DNA of 64,000 nt from an uncultured Chloroflexia bacterium (GTDB lineage: Bacteria; Chloroflexota; Limnocylindria; Limnocylindrales; CSP1-4). Positions within the stretch are counted from its first letter, which is position 1. Each line of letters starts with the position of its first letter. This document shows positions 11,461-20,033 of this stretch, piece by piece. The stretch spans positions 202,353-266,352 of the forward strand of contig CAVOVX010000008.1 in the NCBI GenBank assembly GCA_963699965.1. The letters are read 5' to 3'. The position numbers and the translations under genes are program-made. The notes below the pieces were generated by a model. The model was not told where the DNA came from, searched no databases, and saw nothing but the letters and a program-made list of their open reading frames with translations.

Positions 11461-11881
11461 CGGCGCTGCTGCTCGGGTGGCCCAGCGCGAAGTTGCTCGA
11501 CTTCAGCGACCCGTGGGGTCCGTCGATCCGCCAGACCAGCCGGATCATCGCGGGGAGCGGTCCGACCGACTCGCCGACCAACGCAGATCGCTCGACCTGG
11601 ACGCTCGCGATCGCCCCGGGACGGATGTCACCGGCCCGCGCCAGCGGCTCACCAAGGGGCGCGCCGAAGCCGTGGACCATCACGGCGTACGCGGTCTTCA
11701 TCCCGTCGTTGGCGATCTCGAGGCTGACCGTTGGCCCGTCCACCGCCGAGACCGACAGGATGACGGTCCGCAGGTCCTCGGTGGCCAACCGGGCCGCGCT
11801 GTACGAGATCAGCCACAGCAGCAGGAGCCCAACCGCGAGGAGGATGATCGCGCCGATCGGATCGGTGACCTCGATGTTCAT
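11453..11881 (-). CDS. Hypothetical membrane-anchored protein
   Basis: ATGA overlap with the polA stop; N-terminal TM (IILLAVGLLLLWLIS) followed by a beta-rich domain. Confidence 0.7.
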   Translation of the reverse strand: MNIEVTDPIGAIILLAVGLLLLWLISYSAARLATEDLRTVILSVSAVDGPTVSLEIANDGMKTAYAVMVHGFGAPLGEPLARAGDIRPGAIASVQVERSALVGESVGPLPAMIRLVWRIDGPHGSLKSSNFALGHPSSSAGA

Positions 11882-14874
11882 CCCGCCTGGACCTCGATCG
11901 GCTCGTCGGCCTCGGCCGCGACCGCGTCCGCCCGGGTCAGCGGCGTCATCGACTCCCAGTCGTCGCCGACCTTGACGTCGACGGTCAGCGGGACGTCGAG
12001 GGCGAGCGCCGACTCCATCGTCGAGCGAAGCACGGGCACGAGCCGGTCGACCTCGTCGCGCGGGACCTCGAGCAGGAGCTCGTCGTGGACCTGGAGCAGC
12101 GGGCGCGCCCGGAAGCCGCCGTCGGCCAGCCGCTCGGCCAGCCGGATCATGGCGATCTTGATGATGTCGGCCGCCGTGCCCTGGATCGGCATGTTGATCG
12201 CCATCCGCTCGCCGGCGGCCCGCAGGCTCGGGTTGCGGGCCTGGAGCTCGGGGATCTGGCGCTTCCGCCCGAGGAGCGTCGCCACGTAGCCCTGGGTCCG
12301 GGCGGTTTCCTTGATGTGGAGCATGTAGTAGCTGATCCCGGAGTACGTCGCGAAGTAGGTGTTGATGAAGTCCTGGGCCTCCTTGCGCGGGATCCCGGCC
12401 CGGCTCGACAGCCCGAAGTCGCTCATCCCGTAGGCGATCCCGAAGTTGACCATCTTGGCCATCGAGCGCTCGTCGGCGGTGACCTCCTCGGGCGCCTTGT
12501 GGAGGACACGGGCGGCGGTCTCGCGGTGGATGTCGACGCCGCGGGCGAACGCGTCGCGGAGGTGCTCGTCGCCCGAGACGTGGGCGAGGATCCGGAGCTC
12601 GATCTGCGAGTAGTCGGCGGCGACCAGGGTGACGTCCGGGGCGCCCGCCACGAAGGCCCGCCGGATCCGCCGGCCGAGCGGCGTCCGGATCGGGATGTTC
12701 TGGAGGTTCGGGTCGGACGACGACAGGCGGCCCGGTCGCGGCGACGGCCTGGTGGAACGTCGTGTGGAGCCGCCCGTCCGATGCGATGAGGCTCGGCAGC
12801 GCCTCGACGTACGTCGAGCGGAGCTTGGTGTACGTCCGCCACTCGAGGAGGCCGTCGACCATCGGGTGGGCCGCCCGGAGCTCCTCGAGGACCGACGCAT
12901 CGGTCGAGTAGCCGGTCTTCGTCCGCTTGCCCTTCGGCAGGTCGAGCTCGAAGAACAGGACCTGCTCGAGCTGCTTCGGGCTGCCGAGGTTGAACTCGTG
13001 GCCGACGCTCGCGTAGATCTCGCGCTCGAGCCGGTCGATCTCGGCCCGGAACTCGACGTCGAGCGCGGCCAGCGCCTCGCGATCGAGGGCGACGCCGACG
13101 GCCTCCATCCGGGCCAGGACCGGGATCAGCGGCAGCTCGATCTCGCGGAACAGGCGGTCGAGCCCCTCGCGCTCGAGGGCGGCGGCGAGCGGCTCGCGCG
13201 CGGCGATCGCCGACAGGGCCTCGAGGCCCGCCCGGGCGAAGGGCGGCAGCTCGGCCGCGGGCGGCAGGATCAGGTCGAGCTGCTCGGCGACGACGTCGGC
13301 GATCGTCTGGCTGCGCAGGCTCGCGTTGAGGATGTAGGCGGCGATCTGGGTGTCGAACCCGATCGCCTGTGGGCCGCGCCCGGAGATCCTCGGCGAACCG
13401 GGCGACGAGGAGCGGCTTCACCTCGTGGGCGACGAGCGGCGTCCCGAGCCGCTCGACGAGGTGCCGCAGGCGGGCGGCGTCGTCCGGCCCTGCGACCGCG
13501 ACCGTCCGGCCGTCCGGGCCGGCGACGGCGAGCGCCAGGGCGCTCCCGGCGAGCGGCCGCGGGTCGTCGAGGACGAGCGCGGCTCCGACGGCGGGCTGTG
13601 CGGCCAGCCACGGCTCGAGGCGCGTCGATCGCCGTCGCCCGCGGCGAGCTCGATCCGGCCGCCGGGATCGGCGATCGCCGCGGCCAGCGCCGTCGGCAGG
13701 TCCGCCGCCGGCTCGACGGGTCCGCTCGACGCGCGTGACGCATCCCGTCGGAACCGGGCACGGCGGCGCGACGCCGGCCTGCGGCCACGGCTCCCTCGAC
13801 CGCGCCGAAGTCGAGCGACAGCTGGAGGCCGGTCCCCTGCCCGACCAGTGAGCCACCGCCGCCGCTCCCGGCACCGCCTGACGGCCCGGCGCCGGCCGGC
13901 GCCGGACCCCAGCCGGTCGGCCGGCCGCCGACCTGGGCCGCCCGGATCGGCTCGCCCGCGTCGGCCGTGCGGAGCGCCTCGACGGTCTCCTCGGCCCGCT
14001 CGCCGGTCAGCGCCGGGAGCCGCTCGATGAGCGTCCGGAACTCGTACTCGCGGAACAGCCGGATGACGCTCCTCGCGGTCGTAGTCGCCGAGCCGGGCGG
14101 CGTCGAGGTCGAGCTCGACCGGCAGGTCGCGGACGATCGTCATCAGCTCGCGGCTCTCGAGGACGCGGTCGCGGGCCTCGCTGAGCGCCGCCCGGAGCTT
14201 CTCCGGCGTCACCTCGTCGATCTGCTCGAAGAGCCCCTCGAGGCTGCCCGAACGTCTGGATGAGCTTCGCCGCGGTCTTCTCGCCGACCCCGGGCACGCC
14301 CGGGATGTTGTCGGTCGAGTCGCCCTTGAGGGCCTTGAAGTCGATCATCTGGGCCGGCCGCGAGGCCGTAGCGCTCCTCGATCCTGGCCGGGTCGTAGAT
14401 GATCGTGTTCTGGACGCCGGACCGGGTCGTCATCAGCCGGGTCCGGTCGGTCACGAGCTGGAGCATGTCGAGGTCGCCGGTCACGATCGTCGTGTCGAGG
14501 CCCGTCGCGCTCGGCCTGGACGGTCAGCGTCGCCGATGACGTCGTCGGCCTCGTAGCCGGCCAGCTCGTAGACCGGGATCCGGAGCGCCTTGACGACCTC
14601 GCGGACCTTCGGGAACTGGTCGCGCAGGTCGTCCGGCATCCGCAGCCGGGTCGCCTTGTAGTCGGCGAACCGCTCGTGGCGGAACGTCGGCCCGGACAGG
14701 TCGAAGGCGACCGCGACGTAGTCGGGCCGGATGTCCTGGAAGCCGCGCAGGACGATGCTGCAGAAGCCGAACACCGCGTTGACGAGCTCGCCCTTCGACG
14801 TCGTCAGCGGGCGGGAGCGCGAAGTATCCGCGGTAGATCAGCCCGTTGCCGTCGAGCAGCATCAGGCGTTCCAT
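11878..14874 (-). CDS. polA: DNA polymerase I (multiple frameshifts)
   Basis: [78 protein letters not shown]. Confidence 0.97.
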
Positions 14875-14955
14875 CGGCGAGCCTCGGCAGGGGTCGCGTG
14901 TGGACCCGTTGAGTGTACCCGGCGGGACCCTCGGTCAGGCTCGGCGACGACCGGG

Positions 14956-15819
14956 TCAGGCGAGCCGTCGGGCGACGATCCGGAGCGCGCCGAGGCCGAG
15001 CGCCGGCGACGAGCAGGACGAGCGAGCCGACGACGAGCGGCGACGGGCCGCCGGCGGTGCGGCCGACCGGCGGCTAGCCGTCGTGCCCGGTCAGCGCTCG
15101 CCGTCGCGGTCGGCGCTGGCCGTGTCCGCGGCCGGACGTCGGCCCGGCGGCCTTTCGATGCCGCCACCCTCGACGGCGACCCCGACGCCCGTGGTCGGGC
15201 GGGCACGCCGGCGGCCGCCGGAGCCGGAGTTGCGGCCGCGCCCGTCGAGGCCGCCGCCGGTCCAGCAGCGGCCGATGCCGGCGGCCGCGGCGGTGCCCGG
15301 GCGCCCGGCGGCGCGGCCGCCGGTGACCGGCACCGCCGCCGGGAGGGGCCGCCGTGGCGTACGCGCCGCTCGAGTCCTGGCTCCCGGCCGCGTTCCGCCG
15401 ACCGGGCTCAGCACGCGCTCGGAGCCGACGACGCGCTGCCGAGGAAGCCGAGCGGGATCGTGGCGAACAGGAGGCCGGCGATCCCGAGCGTCGCGAGGCC
15501 GGCGGCGAGCGGCCGGGTGAAGGCGAAGCTCGGCGAGCCGAACCGGGCCACGAGGCCCCGCCAGCCGGCCGGCCGGAGCCGGGCCGCATCGGCCTCGGTC
15601 AACCGGAAGTCGCGGGTGCGTCGCGGCGCGGGCAGCGCGGCGGTCGCGGCGGCGATCGCCGGAGGTCGGCCAGCAGCTCGGCGCAGGCGGGGCAATCGGC
15701 GACCCGGGCCCGGGCCAGCCGGTCGTCGCGACTCCGCCGGCCGGCGAGGTCGTCGACGGCCAGGCGCGCGATGAGCATCGTCGTCGTGGTCGGGGCTGGT
15801 GTGAGCGAGGTGCAGGCAC
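14956..15819 (-). CDS. Putative membrane anti-sigma factor (CxxC), frameshifted; ends approximate
   Basis: Directly downstream of the ECF sigma. ADCPACAEL motif, TM LAAGLATLGIAGLLF, Pro/Ala-rich region, C-terminal TM. Confidence 0.65.
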
Positions 15820-15835
15820 GGCGTCTCAGACGACC

Positions 15836-16447
15836 TCAGCCACGGAACAGTTCCATCCGGTCCTCGAGCAGGCCGCGCAGGGCGAGCCGGCCGCGGTGGA
15901 TCCGCGACTTCACCGTCCCGAGCGAGACGCCGGTCATCTCGGCGATCTCGGCGTAGTCGTAGCCCTGCGACGTCGAACAGGACGATCGCGTCGCGCTGAT
16001 CGTCGGTGATCCGGGCCGAGGGCGTCGGCTCAGGACCCGCTCGCGCTCGGCGGTCATGACCTGGCGCTCGGGGTCGGCCTCCTCGCCGGCCGGCGGCTGC
16101 CAGCTGTCGTCCTCGAGCTCGGGATAGGGCTGGACGGGTCGGCGCCGGCGCGCGCGCTGGGCGTCCATCGCGGCGTTGACGCAGATCCGGTTGAGCCAGG
16201 ACTTGACGCTGCCGCCACGAAACCCGGCGAGGTTCCGGTAGGCCGAGAAGAAGGCCTCCTGGACGGCGTCCGAGGCCTGGTCTCGATCCGGGACCATCCG
16301 GGCGACGAGCGCGAAGAGCTGGTCCTGGTAGAGCTCGACGAGGTCGTTGAACGCGTCGAGGTCGCCCGCGCGGGCGCGCTCGATGAGGATCAGGTCCCGG
16401 CGCTGGGCCGGGTCGTCGACGGCCGCGCTCGGGCGAGGGTCCTCCAC
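15836..16447 (-). CDS. ECF RNA polymerase sigma factor (compensating indels near 15970-16020)
   Basis: ARAGDLDAFNDLV, DAVQEAF, SWLNRICVN, YAEIAEMTGVSLGTVKSRIHRGR; SD GGAGGT before GTG 16447. Confidence 0.93.
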   Translation of the reverse strand: MEDPRPSAAVDDPAQRRDLILIERARAGDLDAFNDLVELYQDQLFALVARMVPDRDQASDAVQEAFFSAYRNLAGFRGGSVKSWLNRICVNAAMDAQRARRRRPVQPYPELEDDSWQPPAGEEADPERQVMTAERERVLSRRPRPGSPTISATRSSCSTSQGYDYAEIAEMTGVSLGTVKSRIHRGRLALRGLLEDRMELFRG

Positions 16448-16563
16448 GCTCGGGGGCCACCTCCGGACGGCTTGGGTGAGGCGCGGCGAGTCTAGCATCG
16501 TCGGTCGGGCTGACGTCCAACGGTCCGGACCGGTTCCGAGCGGCTACGATGAGCCGGCCACGG

Positions 16564-16650
16564 GCCGAAGTGGCGGAACTGGCAGACGCGACGGTCTCAA
16601 ACACCGTTGGCCGCAAGGCCGTCCGGGTTCAAGTCCCGGCTTCGGCACCA
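16564..16650 (+). tRNA. tRNA-Leu(CAA)
   Basis: Acceptor stem GCCGAAG/CTTCGGC, anticodon arm ACGGT-CTCAAAC-ACCGT, long variable arm, T-loop GGGTTCAAGTCCC, encoded CCA; -10 TACGAT upstream. Confidence 0.97.
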
Positions 16651-16710
16651 GCAAGCTGAGCGTGAAATGGCCCGCCGCGTAGTCGCCCGAGGGCGACGCT
16701 TCCTTTCCAA

Positions 16711-16881
16711 TCAGCGGGCCGCGTACATCAGGAGGAGGCCCGCCGCGCTGGCGATGATGCCGAACCCGCGGTGCTGGCTCCTCGTCCCCGGAAGCCCGAT
16801 CCATCGCCTTGCGGCGTCGCTGTAGAACCCGATAGTGCCCGCGAGCACCAAGGCGACGCCGGTCACGAAGAGAACGTTCAC
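16711..16881 (-). CDS. 56-aa two-TM small protein (not in ORF track)
   Basis: GTG start: (M)NVLFVTGVALVLAGTIGFYSDAARRWIGLPGTRSQHRGFGIIASAAGLLLMYAAR*; -10 TATCCT 6 nt upstream. Confidence 0.65.
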   Translation of the reverse strand: MNVLFVTGVALVLAGTIGFYSDAARRWIGLPGTRSQHRGFGIIASAAGLLLMYAAR

Positions 16882-16883
16882 CC

Positions 16884-16922
16884 GGCAAGGATAGGCCGCG
16901 AGATGGCGGCGCTATCCTTGCC
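16884..16922. promoter_or_regulatory. Palindromic back-to-back promoter/operator
   Basis: GGCAAGGATAG (16884-16894) / CTATCCTTGCC (16912-16922) is a perfect 11-bp inverted repeat; each arm carries an outward-facing TATCCT -10 box. Confidence 0.65.
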
Positions 16923-16944
16923 CTGAGAGTGCGGGGATGCCCGA

Positions 16945-17199
16945 ATGGTCGCCGTCAGGTTGAGGATCGGCACCCAGGTTCATGCGCTCATGCCCGGTGG
17001 CAACTGCGCATTCGGGTTCATCACTCGCTGGGACCCGGCGAGGCAGCTCGCCGACCTCGCGCTATTCCCGGGCGGCATGCCCGAGGACAGCCTCACTGCG
17101 CTCAGGCGGCTTCCGAACGGGTTCCCGCACGTTGAGCAGCCGGGTCCGTTGGATGAGCTGACGTTCCACCTCGCCGAGGCCTGTCCCTGGAACCGGTAG
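16945..17199 (+). CDS. 84-aa hypothetical protein (possibly phage-like)
   Basis: ORF downstream of the + strand TATCCT; its stop abuts the tRNA-derived repeat. Confidence 0.6.
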   Translation: MVAVRLRIGTQVHALMPGGNCAFGFITRWDPARQLADLALFPGGMPEDSLTALRRLPNGFPHVEQPGPLDELTFHLAEACPWNR

Positions 17200-17239
17200 G
17201 CAAGGCAGTCCGGGTCCAGGTCCCGTTACGGCACCAGCA
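17200..17239 (+). repeat. Degenerate direct repeat of the tRNA-Leu 3' half (att-like)
   Basis: GCAAGGCAGTCCGGGTCCAGGTCCCGTTACGGCACCAGCA versus 16613-16653 GCAAGGCCGTCCGGGTTCAAGTCCCGGCTTCGGCACCAGCA (~35/41 by eye). Confidence 0.8.
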
Positions 17240-17288
17240 CTCCGAAGCGAGCATTCGGTGCCTCCTCGATCTGGCTAGGATGGCCGGC

Positions 17289-17495
17289 ATGGGCACAAGG
17301 TGGGTCCGGCGGAAGGGCGATGCCCTGGCCGAGTGGCATATGATCCCGAGGGGCGCACGCGCACCGAGTGGCGTCGTCATTGCCGCCTGCGGTCTCGCCC
17401 TGGGTGACGATGAGGCGAACCTCGAGCGACGCGACGAGGCGCTCCCTGGAGGTCGCTGCGGCGTCTGTCAGGGGATCGTGCTCCGCTGGGGATAG
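17289..17495 (+). CDS. Small putative zinc-binding protein (H...C...CxxC)
   Basis: EWH...AACG...RCGVC; -10 TAGGAT 7 nt before ATG 17289. Confidence 0.6.
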   Translation: MGTRWVRRKGDALAEWHMIPRGARAPSGVVIAACGLALGDDEANLERRDEALPGGRCGVCQGIVLRWG

Positions 17496-17547
17496 CTCAC
17501 CCCGACCGTGAGGTAGCCGAGCGTACGATGCCCGCAGAGGCGAAGTC

Positions 17548-18045
17548 GTGAACTCGATCGTCCGAGAGCACCTAGCGGCCACCTACTTCCGCGAGTACCA
17601 GGGCCTGCGCGACCAGCTGCTGGAGATTCTGACCGACGCGGACCTTGGCTTCCGCGTGGCGAACGGGACTGCGAGCCTCGGTGGGCTCTGTCGGGAGATC
17701 GGCGAGATCGAGCACACCTATGTCGAGTCCTTCAGGACGTTCCGACAGGACTTCGGATATCGCAATCCCGATCCGCAGCTCGAGAGCAGTGTCGCGGCGC
17801 TGTCGGCGTGGTACTCGGCACTCGACCGCGAGCTGATGGCGGCCCTCGAGGACCTTTCTGAGGATGACGCCGCCAATCGCAGGATCGTCCGCAGCGACTT
17901 CGACATCGACGACTTCGCGCCATCGCCAGCGGTGCAGCTGGACATCTACCGGGAGGCCCTGCTCATCTTCTACGGCAAGGCCAGCATCTACGTACGAGCC
18001 ATGGGAAAGACGCTGCCGCCGCAGTGGCAGGAGTGGATCGGCTAG
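17548..18045 (+). CDS. DinB/YfiT-like four-helix protein
   Basis: Pattern LLEILTDADLGFR...SLGGLCREIGEIE...GKASIYVRAMGKTLP resembles the DinB fold. Confidence 0.65.
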   Translation: MNSIVREHLAATYFREYQGLRDQLLEILTDADLGFRVANGTASLGGLCREIGEIEHTYVESFRTFRQDFGYRNPDPQLESSVAALSAWYSALDRELMAALEDLSEDDAANRRIVRSDFDIDDFAPSPAVQLDIYREALLIFYGKASIYVRAMGKTLPPQWQEWIG

Positions 18046-18180
18046 TTGATCCGCGCAATCAACGGGGCCGCCATCCGGCGGCCGCCCACGGTGACGCGCC
18101 CCGCCGGCAGCAACATCATCGTGATCGGCGCGTCTCAGCCATGACGGCGACACCTCCCGCGGTTGGATCGGAGACGCAAG

Positions 18181-18750
18181 ATGGGTCAACGTCGCATGCG
18201 GGTCGGGTTCATCTCGCTGATCGCGGCGGCGACCGCCGCCTGTGCCACGGGCGCGCCCAGCTCGGCACTGAGCCCGTCGTCGCCCGCCGTCGCGACCTCG
18301 TTCGACGAGTATGCGGTCGGCTTCTGCTCGGCCTTCGAGGCGATGTTCCGCGCGGTTGGCAACCCGGACACTGCGGAGGGTTCCGAGCTGAGCAAGGCGC
18401 TTGATCAGGCGGTCGCCGCCCACGACGGCGATACCGCCACCCGGCTCGGTGCCGAGATGACGGGCATCCTCGAGACAGGCCGGCAACACGTCGTCTTCGC
18501 TCGTGGCTGGCAACCGGCCGCGGCGACCATGGTCCAGCTCGATCGAGTCCTCGTCGCGTTCGAGGCGATGACGGCCGCCAAAGTCGCGGCGGCGAACCGC
18601 GCCCCGAACGCCGTCAATCCGCAGGTGGCCTTCGAGGCGTCCGGTGGCCTCGATGCGTGGACCGCGATGTTCGAGGCGTATGCAGCCATCGGCTCCGCGC
18701 GCCCGACCGCGGTCCCACCTTGTGCCGCCGTCCCGGTTATCGCCCCGTAG
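18181..18750 (+). CDS. Putative lipoprotein
   Basis: Signal peptide with lipobox ATAAC; helical mature part. Confidence 0.7.
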   Translation: MGQRRMRVGFISLIAAATAACATGAPSSALSPSSPAVATSFDEYAVGFCSAFEAMFRAVGNPDTAEGSELSKALDQAVAAHDGDTATRLGAEMTGILETGRQHVVFARGWQPAAATMVQLDRVLVAFEAMTAAKVAAANRAPNAVNPQVAFEASGGLDAWTAMFEAYAAIGSARPTAVPPCAAVPVIAP

Positions 18751-18752
18751 GC

Positions 18753-19154
18753 TCAGCCGCTGGGATCGGCGTCCTTCCCGAGCGCTGCCTGGATCGCCTC
18801 GTGGAGCCGCGCGCCGGTCGGTTGTCCGGCGAGGGTCGTCACGCCGTGTGGCCCCGACGTCTCCTCCCAGGTCAGCGCGAGCCCGGGTGAGGTCATGACG
18901 ATCGGCGTGTCCGGGTGGAGGTCGCGGATGTTCTCGATGAGCACCCGGGCTCCTTCCGCATCACCGCTCGCCCACACGTCGTAGACGAGGACGTCGGCGC
19001 GCTCGGCGAGGTCGCACGGCCGTCCGGCCAGAACTGGGCACACGTTCCTTGTCGGTCCGGAGCACTCGGTGACGTCGTAGCCGAGACGACGGAGCGCGTC
19101 CGTCTCCTGGCCGGCGAGGTCAAGATCGTGATGGACGACGAGGGCGCGGGTCAT
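18753..19154 (-). CDS. Atypical stand-alone receiver-like protein with Cys-rich insert
   Basis: RALVVHHD, VLVYD, TPIVMTS receiver pattern; SD GGAGGTG. Confidence 0.65.
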   Translation of the reverse strand: MTRALVVHHDLDLAGQETDALRRLGYDVTECSGPTRNVCPVLAGRPCDLAERADVLVYDVWASGDAEGARVLIENIRDLHPDTPIVMTSPGLALTWEETSGPHGVTTLAGQPTGARLHEAIQAALGKDADPSG

Positions 19155-19170
19155 CTCAAGCACCTCCGCG

Positions 19171-19283
19171 AATGCACCTCGTCCGGCCCCACGGGTCGGA
19201 TCGCAGAAGTGTGGTCGTTCGGAGCGAGCGGACCAGTGGCGAAAGGCCCTCGTCGACGGGGCCGGATGGCCCGAACCCGCATT
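19171..19283. repeat. Long intergenic imperfect hairpin (candidate ncRNA/leader/REP-like element)
   Basis: AATGC/GCATT, GTCCGGCCCC 19181-19190 / GGGGCCGGAT 19258-19267, TCGC/GCGA, TGGTC/GACCA. Confidence 0.5.
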
Positions 19284-19367
19284 GACCAACCCGACCTACC
19301 ATGGGCACTGCGGCCCATCTCGGGACGATCGCCGGGTTGACCGATCCACGAGTCCAGGAGCGCGCCG

Positions 19368-19637
19368 ATGACCACCAGCCAGCCAGCCGACCCGACCGGG
19401 ACGCCGGACGACCCCGAGCCGTCAAGCGCGAGCGGATCCCCAGCCGAGGCCGAGGCTGCGCCGGTCCAGGCCTACCTCGACGAGGTCCAGGCTCGTCTAG
19501 CCGATCCGGCTGTGCTCGCCCGGGCGACCGAGCTGGCCCAGGAGCGCGGCCTCGACCTCGAGACGATGACGTTCGGCGATCTCGACGACCTGGTGAATGA
19601 CGCCACGCGCGCGATCGACGACGGGCGGGACGGCTAG
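19368..19637 (+). CDS. Small acidic hypothetical protein
   Basis: 89-aa ORF with AGGAG SD and host-like codon usage. Confidence 0.6.
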   Translation: MTTSQPADPTGTPDDPEPSSASGSPAEAEAAPVQAYLDEVQARLADPAVLARATELAQERGLDLETMTFGDLDDLVNDATRAIDDGRDG

Positions 19638-19678
19638 GCGCGAGCCTGTCGTGGCCTGGCCGAGCGTCGTCGGCGCCG

Positions 19679-19945
19679 TCAGCTGACGCGCTGGACCGGA
19701 GCCGGCTCCACGCCCAGGGTCGGCACGTCGATGAGGTCGGCGTCATCGGGCACGACCGCCGGCGGAGCCCAGCTCCAGACCCGCTCCCGATCCTCCTCCT
19801 GGACGCCTTCCGGCCAGCCCAGGCCCGGTGAGTTGAACAGGCCCGACAGGAGGCCGGACGGACCCGATCGACCGTAGCCGCCGCCGAGGAGGGCGAACGC
19901 CCTGGCCAGGACCCCGAACACCACCACGTAGATCAGCAGCTCCAT
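19679..19945 (-). CDS. Small membrane-anchored hypothetical protein
   Basis: N-terminal TM, GWPEGVQEED motif. Confidence 0.65.
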   Translation of the reverse strand: MELLIYVVVFGVLARAFALLGGGYGRSGPSGLLSGLFNSPGLGWPEGVQEEDRERVWSWAPPAVVPDDADLIDVPTLGVEPAPVQRVS

Positions 19946-20033
19946 GGCCTACGCTGGCCGGTCGGTGAACGCTAGCGACGACGCTCGAGACCGATCGACC
20001 TTCCACCTCGCAGGGTACACCCGGGGTCCACCG

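Noticed and set aside
11453-13108. Apparent PolA fusion to a membrane domain
   Set aside because: The frameshift at ~12735 throws the PolA frame into the downstream orphan; PolA ends at 11878 with an ATGA overlap.
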